Below, in pieces: positions 40,360 to 54,300 of a DNA stretch of 64,000 bases. Each line of letters opens with the position of its first letter. Positions within the stretch are counted from its first letter, which is position 1. Made by a program: the position numbers and the translations under genes. Below the pieces are notes generated by a model. The model did not search any database, was not told where the DNA came from, and saw only the letters and a list, made by a program, of their open reading frames with translations. The stretch lies in contig OX597819.1 in the NCBI GenBank assembly GCA_951406725.2, forward strand, positions 44,392,001-44,456,000. The letters are read 5' to 3'. The DNA is from Octopus vulgaris. Taxonomy: Eukaryota.

Positions 40360-41130
40360 GTTTAAGGTGTTCTGAGTTCAAATTCCGTTCAAAATCAGGG
40401 TCGATAAAATAAGTACCAGTTGAGCCCTTGGGGTTCGATGTAATCGACTTTTCCCTAACACCCAACTTGCTGGCCTTGTGGCACGGCAAGCCGGCAGAAC
40501 CGTTAGCACGACGGGCAAAATGCTTATCGGCATTTCGTCCGTTTTTACGTTCTGAGTTCAAATCCTGCCGAGTTCAGCTTTGCCTTTCGTCCCTTTCGAG
40601 GTTGATAAAATAAGTATCAGTTGAGCACCGGGGGTCGATGTAATCGACATATTCTACCCCGAAATTGCTGGCGTTGTGCCAAAATTTGAACTTATTTGAA
40701 CTTATTATTTACACCAGTCTTATTGTATATTATGTAGGAAACTGAATTAATAAAGTGGCAGAAAAATATGTCTTATGTTAGTCGTGTCCGTTTCACGTTC
40801 CGCACCCAAATCCTGCCTGACTGAGTTTTTTGGGGCCAATAAGAAAAGTGATAGGAATTCTTCTATGAAGTAATTGCTACTGATTAAGAACCTCACCGGT
40901 TTGTTCGGGTTTTTAACTTGCAAGAAGTATCAATCAATAACTATAGTTTATATATTGGCTTGCATATCTATCCCGTTAATCATAATCATTATGGAGCTGC
41001 TAGAATAATTAGTATGCTGGACAAAATGCTTGTGGATCTTTTTCTGGTTTTACATTCTGAATTGAAATGTTCTCGAGGTCGATTTTGCTTGTCATCCTTT
41101 CAAGATCCATAAAATAAGTGCCAGTTGAGT
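40360..41130 (+). mobile_element. Cluster of family B SINE copies and fragments
   Basis: TTCTGAGTTCAAAT...GATAAAATAAGTA.CAGTTGAGC...GGGGTCGATGTAATCGAC recurs at ~40370, ~40550 and ~41055. Confidence 0.75.
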
Positions 41131-41149
41131 TTTGGGCTCTATGTATTCG

Positions 41150-42200
41150 GCTTCTCTAACGAAACTTTGGAAAGAATTATCGGTATCATCATTTCTTTGC
41201 TCATGGGAAGACGTAAAAGAAAAATCATAGGAAAGATAATTGTAGTGGCGTTGACTTTTGGAACGGATTGCAAGACTGCAATGAAGATGGAAAGGGTTCA
41301 GGTGGGGAGAAGTGAGATATAGTTAATAGGTAGGGTGTATATGGGCATAAACCTGTTGATGCAAAGCTATCTCGGAATATGATGCAAAGCTATCCCATCG
41401 TTGGCACAAAGAGAAATTTGATGTGTCTGATGTGGTAAGGAAAAAATCCTAGTTGTTACGCATGTGGCACTTATAGTCATCTGAGGAGTTTCTATTCAGA
41501 GTAGCGGGAAAGGAAGGGAAATATAAGAAGCGCAGAACAGCAGGGCGTATAAGCTGCTGTTGTCAGATCACTAATGGTCGAAGATCTGATGATAGTAAAA
41601 GAGATCACCTTATGTTCAATGCTAGAATACAACAACTTCGGGTGTCATCTTACGGTGTGAACTTTCAAACTACTTCACCGTCCTTCCACGATGAGAAAGA
41701 CATATAGAACTGAGAATGATCAAAGACTAACGAAGACAGCGAGAAGAAAATAATAAGAACCCATCTACGGTAATAAATGGATGAATAAATAAATAAAAAC
41801 GCTACGAATTTCAGTCATTCGAATAGTAAACGATGACTAATGGACAGTTTGAAAAAAAAAAACAGTAAGATGAAAGAAAAAGTAAGATGTAAATTATGGA
41901 AAAGCTGTAGATCAGCGACAAGGATTTTGCAAATGATAGACTACCAGTCTAAGAATCGATCTAACAGTCATTCACCAGTTATATCTTAGGGACTGGGAGG
42001 CTGGGCACGGAGCCTTTCTCACATGCTCTGACTCACGAAGCTTGTCACAGACAGTCTCTTCACTGTATATTTTGAGTGCATGGAACCAGATTACATACAA
42101 ATGGAAAATGGAGTGGCTTCTTCAGATTCATGATGGTAACTTATCGTCAGCGTGTGAATAGATTTTCCTGATTAGTTTGGCATTATGGCATTATGTTTAT
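41150..42200 (+). pseudogene. Possible very decayed L1/Tx1-like LINE pieces (zinc knuckle and RT remnant)
   Basis: CYACGTYSHLRSFY at 41454-41495 fits CX2CX4HX4C with the last Cys mutated. EPFS...SLYIL..MEP at ~42010-42090 resembles an RT domain segment. Weak evidence. Confidence 0.3.
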
Positions 42201-42384
42201 ACATCTGCGTATTTTTGTGTTAATTTTCTTATTCAAGAAAGTATGAAGAAAAATCTTTAATAGGTCCCAATATAGTAAACATTCAAAATAACGTACCTTC
42301 ACCAGCAATCACATCTATAGAATACTATGTACACTAACGTTTACTCATTCATGCATACATACATACGTGTGTGTGTGTGTATGT

Positions 42385-42680
42385 GAGGGTGCTTGACCCA
42401 GTGGTTAGGTTGTTGAACTCACGATCTAGCGATCGCAGTTTCAATTTCTAGACCGGGTGGTGCGTTGTATTTTTGAGCAGGACACTTCATCTCATGTTGC
42501 TCTGCAATCATTTTGACACCTGACGCATGATACACCATGCACCTGTTCAGGCAAAGTCGATTTGATGGAGAAAGTGAGCTAATGTGTGGCATGAACATTT
42601 GATCACTATAAACAAATCATCTGTGCAGGTCGTTCTGCAAAAGCTGAACGTACATATGTCGTCTTCGGCGGTAGAGTTCA
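42385..42680 (+). mobile_element. tRNA-derived SINE with a family C-like head and a different tail
   Basis: TGACCCAGTGGTTAGG...AGTTTCAATTTCTAGACCGGG...TTTTGAGCAGGACACTTCAT. Confidence 0.6.
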
Positions 42681-42939
42681 TCATATATATAGAAAAAATT
42701 CAGTGAAACTGATCACGACTAATAAATAATTCATCTGATTGCACATTTATTTCGTCAACAATTAGATGTGTGGGAAAGTAAGTTCGGACGTTGAAAATTG
42801 ATTTGAACCAAAGGCTTAGTTTGACGCTGTCATATTGTCAGCCTATAACTCCAGCTAAAGTTATCTATCAGGTCATCCCATAAGTTCTGTCCGAATTTTG
42901 ATTAAAGAAGACAAGTGATCAAACATATTTAATTGAAAT

Positions 42940-43959
42940 TTAATCATCAATGTACTTTCCCTGATTATCTATGACTTCTTTCCATCTATTTACAAGCTTT
43001 TTAATCCCATCAGTGTAAAACTCTTTTGGTTTCAAAGCGAAGAACTCTGAAATGTCAGTTTCGACTTCCTCCTGGCTTGTGATAGTTATGTCCCCCAAAT
43101 GATTCTGTAAACTACGAAATAAATGGTAGTCTGAAAGAGCAAGGTCGTGAGAAAAAGGTGGATATGAGGAATTTTTCACCAACCAAGCTCTTCGATCTTC
43201 TGTGATGTGATCTCTGCAGTGTGGGGCCGCGCATTGTCCTGATGAAACATCACTCCCTTTTGATTCATTAAAGCGGGCCTTTTTTTCTTCAAAGCTTGGT
43301 TCAAACGCTCTAATTGCTGACAGTAGGTTTCAGCATTGATTGTTGCATTAGGTGGGACCAATTCAAAGTGAATTACTCCTTTGCAATCCCACCAGATAGA
43401 GAGAAGAACCTTTTTCTCATAAAGTTCTCTTCTCGGTGGTGGTTGAGCTTTTTTTCCTTTTACCAAGCCACTCTTTACGACGTTTAACATTTCGATAGAA
43501 GATCCATTTTTCGTCACTAGACACAAGTCTATCCAAAAACGGTGAAATGAGTTCGCGAGAATGTAGAGAAGAGGAGATGTCAACACGGGATTTGCGGTTG
43601 CTTTCGGACAATTCATGAGGCACCCATTTTCCAAGTTTAGGAACCTTTCCAAGTTGTTGAAGGTGACGATGAACAGTTGTATGGTTTGGAACTAAGCTTT
43701 ATTGCCAATTCTTCAACTGATAATGCAGGATTTTCTTCAAGTAGTGCCTCAAGGAGCTTATCATCAAATTCAACTGTTCGATCTTCATCTTCAAAGCTGA
43801 AATGTCCACTTCTAAATTTTGCAAACCATCTTCGGCAAGTTCTTTCATTCAAGCATTCTTTCCCATAAACTGAGTGTTTCGAGTCGCTTCGGCTGCAGAG
43901 TTTCCTTTTTTGTACTCATAAAGCATTATGTGCCTCAAATATTCTTTGGATACTTTCAT
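42940..43959 (-). pseudogene. Mariner transposase pseudogene (several frameshifts)
   Basis: Motifs MKVSKEYLRHIML, WFAKFRSG, (WV)PHEL, SDEKWIFY, KVLLSIWWD, FHQDNARPH and SHDLALSDYHLFRSL are spread over four ORF pieces. Confidence 0.92.
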
Positions 43960-43995
43960 GTTAGAAAGGGTTTTAATTAAAGAAATATTAATTCT

Positions 43996-44971
43996 ATTAT
44001 TTTTTAAAATTTTATCTAGTTTCAGCTCACGAGCTGTGGCCATGCTGGTACACTGCCATTTGGTGTTGCTACATGATTTTACTTCACGAATGCTTTTTAG
44101 CAACTGCCATTTGGTGCATGAGAGAGTTCGATGCAGCTGCCCTCATCTGCACCTCCTGCCGTGAAGTTGGTTCATCCGGGACACCTGACAGGAAGAGATC
44201 CAGTCCTGCTTTAAAGACATCCGCATCCACCACATGCAGGTCCCTCAGGTTCTTCAGGAGGATATTGAAGAGCTGTGGGCCTCTGAAGCCCAGGCTATCA
44301 CAGTATCTTGTCCTACATCTTGATGGCAAATTTGGAGTCCTTGGCACCACGCAGTGGCGCCCAGTTCTGGCATTTGTGTAACTCTCGATGCCAAAGTTTG
44401 GGACAAGTCCTTCCAGGATCTTCCAGATGTATATTATGGCATATCTTTCTCGCCTACGCTCCAAGGGATAGAGTTTTAATCTCTTGAGTCTTTCCCAGTA
44501 GCTTATATGCTGCACAGAGGCTATCTTCTTCGTGTAGCTACGTTGGATCGCCTCAAGTACTGTGATCAACTTGACACTGGATGGTGACCATAGCTGAGAG
44601 TGGCTTAGGACAAGTGTCCTCCAGAGGACCATCATAGTTTCTTGTTCTCTTGTTCTAAAGGTTCTAAGAATCCATCCGGCCAGCCGTCTACATTTCATTG
44701 CCAATTTAGCAACATGTACATGAAAGGTTGCGTCATCACTCATGTAAATACCCAGGTCACGCACTGATTGTGCCTCTGGGATTGCAATCCCTCTGGGTCC
44801 AGTGTATTCATTGGGTATTGCATTTAGTTTTGCATGCTGATAGCATAAAGCTTGAAACTTTTCAGCATTGAACTGCATGCTATTCTTTTCAGCCCACTTG
44901 TATATTTTGTCCAGCTCACATTGCAGGTGCTTAGTGTCTTCAGGGTTCTGTATTGCCTGTGAAACTTTTGT
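43996..44971 (-). mobile_element. 5'-truncated CR1/L2-like LINE inserted upstream of the mariner transposase ORF
   Basis: The 264-aa ORF (MQFNAEKFQ...VRDLGI...WILRTF...SYWERLKRLKLYPLERRRER) is the post-RT C-terminus. The 3' tail is at ~44000-44060, with ATTCT on both sides (43991-43995 and 44972-44976). Confidence 0.88.
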
Positions 44972-45120
44972 ATTCTGTAAAATAATATTTAATTAGTTTA
45001 AATGTACACAAAGGCATAAAATAATTTTTAATTCCATTAGACATTCTAAAATACTATTAAATTTCAATCAATTTTAAAAAAGGTAAAATCGGACGGAACT
45101 TATGGGATGACCTGATAAAT

Positions 45121-45452
45121 AATAGGTTCTCAACGTGGGCGCTCCCGACCACCAGTGGGCGTTGAGACGGTCCAGGTGGGAGCTGGTGACTAAACGGGCG
45201 GTGATGGGAGGGGGCGAGACAAAAAAGGAGGCGTTGGCAGGAAGGCAGTGAATTGGGGGACGCTATGAATTTATTATATTATTGTATTGTGTACAAATTA
45301 TCTAATACTATATTACATATGAAATGATTCATAGTATATATAAATTAGTAAAATATAAAACAGTTATTTATACATAAAAATAAAGGTGGGAGTGCTGAGG
45401 GTATTATGTGGCCATCAGGGGAGCGGTGGCCCAAAAAGTTTGAGAACCTTTG
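45121..45452. mobile_element. hAT (Charlie-like) MITE
   Basis: Termini (AATA)GGTTCTCAAC / GTTTGAGAACCTTTG. The right flank is ATCTACAT, and the left flank reconstructs as ATCTAAAT once the mariner is removed. Confidence 0.6.
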
Positions 45453-45844
45453 ATCTACATCTTCCTTATCATCATCATCATCATCATTGTCATCGTCATG
45501 ACTAGTTTCATCGTGGTCGTCGTATTTATCATCATCACTACAACATTCGCCATTGTCATCATCATCATCATCATCACAAACACCTTTCCCACTACCAGCA
45601 CTACCAACACGATCATGCTCATGACCATAAACTTCCTTCTTCTCTTTATCCACGTCCTCCTCCACCACCACTGTCATCATTATACCCCGCAACAACGATC
45701 ATGGTCATGATGATGATTCTGACGATGATGATAATGACGATAATGATGATGAGGTTGATGATGATAACGATGAAGGTGGTGGCGGTGTTGATCATCAACA
45801 TAACCACCATCATCACTGTCATCATCGCCGTTTTTGCCGTCATC

Positions 45845-46250
45845 ACCACGTGCTACAGTCTACCAGAACCTCCCTCAGAGGACCTCTTTCTGCTGCTGTG
45901 ATCTCACTTGCAGTCAAACCTTTAACATCTTTGAACGTTCGACTGGGTTACTTCTTGATGTTGTCGATCCACGTTGTCCTCCGTCTGCCTAGGAAGCGGC
46001 TCTCTTCCAGATCTCTGCCTTCAAACACTGCGCGTTCCCGCGTCTTATCACTTACATGCGTTCCAAATTCAATTCCTGGATGAAGCCATTTCACTTTTCT
46101 TACGTTACTAATAGTTTTGCGAAAGGCATGAAGTTTGCGTAATCGCATTTGCTTGCCATTCTAAGTCTCATGCCTTGTGAGTAAGCAAGACATCATTAGT
46201 CCGTCTATCTTTTGTAGTGTATGAACGCGTCGCTTCACACAGCTGTAGAA
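45845..46250 (-). pseudogene. RTE-clade LINE 3' fragment
   Basis: ORF 45948-46148 ends FEGR...RFLGRRRTTWIDNIKK, the typical RTE C-terminal EG.R.RGRP...W.D.I motif. It runs into a (GAT)n-like tail. Confidence 0.6.
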
Positions 46251-47624
46251 CACTTTGATTCTGTTTTAGGAAGAAGCAGAGGATTTGGCGTTCTTTAGAA
46301 GAAGTATTCAAGATAATTCAATGAAATTCAATTCAGTTTGTTGTCAAATAAAATGGCGAATACAATGGAAATTATATATTGTAAGCCATGTTGTTGTTGC
46401 AGCAGTATAGCAACAAAGATAATGGTAACAATGGCTGTAGCAGAAGCAGTAGCAGCAGTAACAATAATATCGGACAACAACGTAAACTATAGTAATTGAA
46501 CCAAGGGAGATTCTACATGGTAACTGAGCCTGCTAAAAATAGCAGCCAAAACACTTAAGTCACGTCGTACAACATAGAACTGTGCCACCTTTAAAAAAAA
46601 ATTGAAGGTTTCATTTGGATAATCTTGTCCTATTATTGAAAATAATAATAATAATAAAAAAGACTGAATAATCAGAACTGGAAGAACTTTGGACATGTGG
46701 CTGCCCGATCGTGGTTGACTGGTTGGCGATAAACAACAATCACAGCTACTCCTAAAAAACGAGATGGTCAGAGCTGGAATTAAATTTGACCATTGATCCA
46801 TTTGGTCGGGTTTAAATGGCCAAGGGCTGAACAACAATCCTAGATATCCCTAAAAAGACGAGATGTTCACGATTGGAATTCTTTTGTTAATAGAATTACT
46901 TTTGATAAGTTTGACTAGAGATAATCAACAATAGCATTAAAAACTAACACAACAATACAGAAATCATTTAACAGTTATGGAATGAGTAATATTAAAGAGT
47001 TAGTACTTATAAAATGAGACTAATAATTAAGCAGTAGTAACAACAGCAACAATGATCAATTCTTCTTTGCATGAGCACAAGTCCGACAATATAATAGAAT
47101 ATTATCCAGCGCACATCAGAGCAGTAACGAATCGTTAGAACGGGTGGATAACAGACAAATTAAGTTAGGATGTATCTCCTATATCTCCTTCACGGCTTTG
47201 ATTTCAAATCCTGTGCAAATCGAAACTATCTTTTATATTGTAAAGGATCAAATACTGATGCCGATTTAATCCAGTGTACTATCCAGCTAAATGTGTCGCT
47301 TTCTTCCTAAGTTAGAAATTTTCATTATTCCACATCCATCTAGATATTGCTTAAGTCTAGGGACAACACAACATATAGAGCTATTGACCCTTTTTTTTTT
47401 TTCGAAAAATAGGTTAAGTGGCAAACTGGAAGTCGATCGGCCCTTTTGCTGGTGTGGCTTATTTGGAACAAAAACGTTTGCAGGGTTTGATTCATTTGGA
47501 GTTCTATAAAACCCCTCGCTCATATTGCCGGTTGAAACACGTTGGCAAGGAACACATCTCCCACAATATCGGCTAACCACATGATACACGTTTCGACCGT
47601 GTTAGATCTACTCAGAGTACCAGA

Positions 47625-47683
<59 letters not shown>

Positions 47684-47713
47684 CCTGTCTATCTGTCTGT
47701 CTGTCTGTCTGTT

Positions 47714-47796
<83 letters not shown>

Positions 47797-47799
<3 letters not shown>

Positions 47800-48192
47800 T
47801 TATATATAAAAGTGAGGTTGTGTGTTATCTGTCTCCTACGATATAGATTCCTAACTACTCCCACATTTTGCGGTGCAGTTTAACCAAAACCTAGTATCTT
47901 ATAGTCGTGATTCATATCGAGCCCTTCTGGGTATTAGCGCGCGTCTACGATGAGTCTACGATTAAAAAAAAAAAATACCATCAATGTTTCCCATTTTTAA
48001 TGCATTTTTGGCATATATAAGGGAAGTAACTCTCTAAAAATTTATTATTAAATCTCAGAACGTAAAAAGCTAAAGTAACACCCCCCCTTTGTGGTTAGCC
48101 ATATTGAGATGGCTATTATACTTTACATCTCTAAAAATGCTTATATAGTTATTTCCCTTACAAACCCGAGCAACGCCGGGCGATACTGCTAG
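47797..48192 (+). mobile_element. Non-autonomous Helitron
   Basis: 5' TC (TCTTTATATATAAAA), subterminal hairpin CCCGAGCAACGCCGGG and 3' CTAG. Inserted between A and T with no TSD. Confidence 0.8.
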
Positions 48193-48304
48193 TAAACAAT
48201 AAATTAAATAGATTCAATTGATAATCCAATAATTCATTTATATCATAATATAACATAACATACTATGAATAAAATATAATATAACATAAAAAATCAGTAA
48301 AAAC

Positions 48305-48500
48305 CCAAAAGAGCCAAAAATTTGTTTCGAGTTACATACATTATTTAATTTATAAACAATTCATATCTATTTATATAAGTCTCTTCAGACCTTTGGTTTA
48401 AAGACATACGAAATTCTGTGTGAAAGGACTGCTGGATTGTAAAAAAAAATTAATTCAAATGCCTATGTTTAGGAGCGTAAGCGTTAACTTTTCAACTAAA
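48305..48500 (-). mobile_element. Penelope-like 3' terminus: ORF end followed by a decayed hammerhead motif
   Basis: Minus strand reads KHRHLN*FFL (cf. the PLE terminal KCRH.NKF.L), then CCAAAGGT-CTGAAGA-GACTTATATA...TATGTAACTC-GAAA-CAAATTTTTG-GC-TCTTTTGG. Confidence 0.5.
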
Positions 48501-48603
48501 AGAACAAATAAAAAGAATTATAACAGACAAAATAATAAAGTAAATAGAATCTACAACTATCAAAATATATTTTTATATATCTCAAATAATATTACCACAA
48601 ACC

Positions 48604-49012
48604 AAGGTGGCGAGCTGGCAGAAACGTTAGCACGCCGGACGAAATGTGTAGCCGTATTTCGTCTGCCACTACGTTCTGAGTTCAAATTCCGCCGAGGTCG
48701 ACTTTGCCTTTTATCCCTTTCGGGGTCAATAAATTAAGTACCAGTTACGCAATGGTGTCGATGTAATCGACTTAATCCTTTTGTCTGACCTTGTTTGTCC
48801 TCTCTGTGTTTATCCCCTTGTGGGTAGTAAAAAAAATAGGTATTTCGTCTGTCTTTACGTTCTGAGTTCAAATTCTGCCGAGGTCGACTTCGACTTTGGG
48901 TTTCATCGTTGCTTGATCGATAAATTAAATACCAGTTGTGTACTGAGGTCGATCTAATCGACTGGCTCCCTCCCCAATAATTTCGGGCATTATGCCTAGA
49001 GTAGAAAAGAAT
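48604..49012 (+). mobile_element. Dimeric family B SINE
   Basis: A full unit at 48604-48838 is followed directly by a headless unit starting GGTATTTCGTCTG. Both have GAGTTCAAATTC.GCCGAGGTCGAC. Confidence 0.85.
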
Positions 49013-49498
49013 GTATAACAACTCTTTTTCTTTCATTCAAATTTCTCGAAATAGAAATATAGTTTAAAGTAAATAACAGAAAAAAAAAGAAAAAATGTTC
49101 TTTATTTACTTAGTTTATCAGAGGGAGAATTCCGTAATAAATATAAAGAGAAACTTAGAACTACAATAACTACAACCTATATTACTCCATAGATATAGAG
49201 TTAGTCAGTAATAATGGATATCAAAATATTACTAGTCTTTCAGAACCAAGCTACATGAAGTTACATAATTAAGGATTATTCGCAGTAACTAGCAAGTAAA
49301 CGTCCCTAAATACGTATATTATGGAAGAGAGAAGTCAGTAAATAAAATAAAGTGCAATAAGCAAAAACATAAGGGTTGAGCATCGATCCACGATAAATAT
49401 AATCAATATTATATTTTTTAGATGAAGGACTATAAATAGTATATATCCAAATTTTATTAATTCTTTCAGAAGTAACACAATTATAAGAATACAAGCTA

Positions 49499-50790
49499 CG
49501 AGGGGCGTTCAATAAGTAATGCACCTGACCCACTTCCCATAGCAGTAGAGCAACGGAACTTAGCACAGTTATTAGTCTTTTTCTACATAGAAACCACCCA
49601 GAGTTACGCCTTTCTCCCATCGTTTGATGCAGCTCTGGAGACCGTTTTTGTAGAAGACCCCAGCTTGGTCCTCCAACCTGAACGTGACTTCAGAAATCAA
49701 GGCTACATCATCTGGGAAACTCTTTGCTTTCAAAAATAACTTCATGACTGGGAAGAGGCGAAAATCAGAGGGTGCAAGGTCAGGAAAGTAGGGGGATGGG
49801 GGAGGAGTTCATAGCCATACGCCTGTGCTTCTGATCTGGCGACAAGCGAGTTGTGGAACGGAGCGTTGTCCTGCAGGAGGAGGATGCCTTTGCTGATCTT
49901 GCCCCGCCTCTTGATTTTGATAACTTCTTTTAATTTCCTCAAAAGTGAAGCATAATAGGCTCCTGCAATTGTGGTACCCTTTGCCAGGAAATCTGTCATC
50001 ACTACTCCGTCCTGGTCCCAGAAGACTGTGAGCATGACCTTGCCAGCGGAGGGCTGCAACCTTGCCTTCTTTGGAGGGGGTGAGTCACGGTGCTCCCACT
50101 GCATTGACTGGGCTTTGGTCTCTGGATCATAGTGATGGACCCAGGTTTCATCCTGTGTAATCAGTCTTTTGAAAAATTTTGACTCATCTTCTTGGCACAT
50201 CTCCAAATTCATCCTCGAGCACTCGACGCGTTCTTGCTTCTGGAAAGGCGTGAGCAACCTGGGAATCCATCTGGCAGACACCTTTTGCATATGCAAATGG
50301 TCATGAATGATAGTTTCCACAGACCCGGTACTAATCTTGACCTCATGGGCTATTTGGCGAATAATTATGCGTCGATCTTCCAAAATGGCAGCCTCAACTT
50401 GACGGACAGATGCCTCATCAATGGCAGAAGCGGGGCGACCAGATCTGGGAGCTGTTTCCACAGAGTTCCGACCATGTTGGAATTCCCGATACCAGCGTTT
50501 TACAAGGTCATATGATGAGGCATCATCACCATAAGTTACTTTCATTTCATCAAAAGTCTCCCGTGGTGTGCGTCCTTTCAAATACAAAAACCGGATCACT
50601 GCTCGACACTCAACAGGCTCCATTTCAAACTTGACTCAGTTCAAACACCTGTAAATCAGAAACCACAATTAGTTCAGAGCTGTAATTTGTGACTTACTCT
50701 ATAGAGATATAACTAATTGCACATGCAAAATTTCAGCTAGATCAAACAATTGCAAGTGGGTCAGGGGCATTACTTATTGAACGTCTCTCG
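49499..50790 (-). mobile_element. Full-length mariner transposon (1292 bp, irritans-like)
   Basis: TIRs CGAG(G/A)G(G/A)CGTTCAATAAGTAATGC(A/C)CCTGACCCACTT; TA at 49497-49498 and 50791-50792. Confidence 0.95.
49572..50623 (-). pseudogene. Mariner transposase, intact except for one frameshift near the third catalytic Asp
   Basis: The 293-aa ORF has WIPRLL, TQDETW, KVMLTVFWD and LQDNAP. After a C-run at ~49790 the other frame continues YFPDLAPSDF...KRWEK...GGFYVEKD to a stop at 49572. Confidence 0.92.
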
Positions 50791-50896
50791 TATAAGAATA
50801 TAAATAAGAATACAAGCTATAAACTATACAATACTATAAGAATTATTATTGTGGTTATCAAATTTAGTTAGTAAATCAAATAAAACTATTCATTTA

Positions 50897-52398
<1,502 letters not shown>

Positions 52399-52400
<2 letters not shown>

Positions 52401-52914
52401 TACGTTTGACTTTTGCTTTACATCCGCACAAGCTGGCTCCAAGTCTCACCCAGAGACCTCAAGAGACAACATGTTGGAAGTTCATGTTGGTGTTATGCCT
52501 AGGGTGCCATATACTTGGTTTTGTACTTAGTAATGCCTAAAAAACTATACGAAAATTGTTTGTTTTAAAACATGAGATTACAAAGAAAGTATTTTGCGTA
52601 GGATATGAGCAGTTCCCATGAGCACTATCTTTTGAATTTCTGTCCTTTTGGAGTTTCCTGGTATCTGAGTTAGGTAGCAATCAGCCCCTTTTGCTATCAT
52701 TCCCAGGGCACCTATGACAACAGGTATTGTTTTACTCTTCAGGTTCCACATTTTGCTGATTTCTATTTCCAGATCTTTATATTTGCTCAGTTTCTGGTAG
52801 GTCTTGACAGAAACGTTTATATCGATTGGTACAGTCATATCAATGAGGAGGCATGTTTTTGTCTGAAGTCTTTTACTATGATGTCTGGCCTATTCGCGTC
52901 TATCTTTCGGTCAG

Positions 52915-52917
<3 letters not shown>
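52399..52917 (-). mobile_element. Second, distinct R4/Dong-clade LINE 3' fragment
   Basis: NRPDII...LLIDMTVP...KLSKYKDLEIEISKMWNL...PVVIGALG...LRKILSL. Its 3' UTR differs from the first copy. Both ends abut (ATT)n. Confidence 0.88.
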
Positions 52918-52969
<52 letters not shown>

Positions 52970-53035
52970 TTCAATTAATTAATAAATTAAATGAATGTAT
53001 TTATACATATTTTTTTTTTTTATTTTATTTTTTTT

Positions 53036-53487
53036 ATACTTGTTTCAGTCATTTGACTGCGGCCATGCTGGAGCACCGCCTTTAGAGTGGTGAAAGAGTA
53101 CAGCAGGGATCACCACCATCCCCTGCCGGAGCCTCGTGGAGCTTTTAGGTGTTTTCGCTCAATAAACACACACAACGCCCGGTCTGGGAATCGAAACCGC
53201 GATCCTCCGACCGCAAGCCCGCTGCCCTAACCACTGGGCCATTGCGCCTCCAGACCGGGCGATGTGTGTGTTTATGAGCGAAGCACCTAAGCTCCACGCG
53301 GCTCCGGCAGAAGGTAATGGCGAACTTCTGCTGACTCTTTCGCCACAGTTTTCTCTCAATCTTTCCTCCTGCATCTTGTAGCTCACCTGCGACGGGCCGG
53401 CGTCCCTTCCAGGTGGGGAACCTATACGCCAAGGAAATCGGGAAACCGGCCCTTATGGGACAGGCATGGCTCGAGAAGGAACAAACG
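53036..53487. mobile_element. Rearranged SINE mosaic: family A tail (-), family C head (-, 53086-53250), family C body (+, 53251-53487)
   Basis: Direct homology to 34848-34894, 62117-62280 and 54851-55087. Confidence 0.8.
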
Positions 53488-54039
53488 ATCTATATATATA
53501 ATTATTTAGTATAATGAATATTATTTGTAATTTGTAATTAACACCGAATTACTAATATAATGATGTATTTTACCGTGACTACAAGAATTTGCACTAGAAA
53601 GATTCAAAATAATCTGAATTAATTCATAACAAATTAAGTTTCCAAATTTTACAATATTATATAGATTAAGATGACAGGTGCTCCAGCATGGCCGAAACAA
53701 GTAAAAGAGTAAAAGAGTATATACATACATACATACATACATACATACGCACACACACGCACACACACACACACGCACACACACGCACACACACACACAT
53801 ACACATATATATATATATATATATACAGACACACAGTTTTACTTATAGACATATACGTACATGCATATACATACATACATGTACATATACATATACACAC
53901 ATATACAAAAAATAAATATATACACACATACACATGCATACATATACACATACATACGCACGCCTTTGAAGGAATTCCTCTCCTTAGTCTGTTACTTTAT
54001 ATATATCTATATATGTCTATGTATGTATGAATGTGTGTG

Positions 54040-54300
54040 TGTGACTATGTGGTGAGTAGCTTGCTTACCCACCACATGGTTTCCGGTTCAGTCCCACTGC
54101 GTGGCACCTTGGGCAAATGTCTTCTACTATAGACTCGGGCTGACCAAAGCCTTGTGAGTGGATCTGGAAGATAGATATATATAAAAGAGAGAGATAAAAT
54201 AAGTATTAGCCTTACAAAGAGTAAGTCCTGGGGTCGATTTGTTTGATTAATGGAGGTGCTACAGCATGGCTTCAGTCAAACGACTGAAACAAATAAAAAT
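54040..54300 (+). mobile_element. SINE family A with an internal deletion
   Basis: The head and tail match 34444-34906; the middle is replaced by a short AT/AG tract. Confidence 0.8.

Larger units (their letters stand above)
42868..45115 (-). mobile_element. Mariner (Tc1/mariner, D34D) transposon, full-length but decayed, carrying a nested LINE
   Basis: TIRs TCAGGTCATCCCATAAGTTC.GTCCGA at both ends; TA duplicated at 42866-42867 and 45116-45117. Confidence 0.93.

Noticed and set aside
47575-47625. Hammerhead-like CUGAGUA-GAUC...GGUC-GAAA-CGUG-UA on the minus strand
   Set aside because: Core G8 is changed and no stem I pairing can be formed. At most a fossil.
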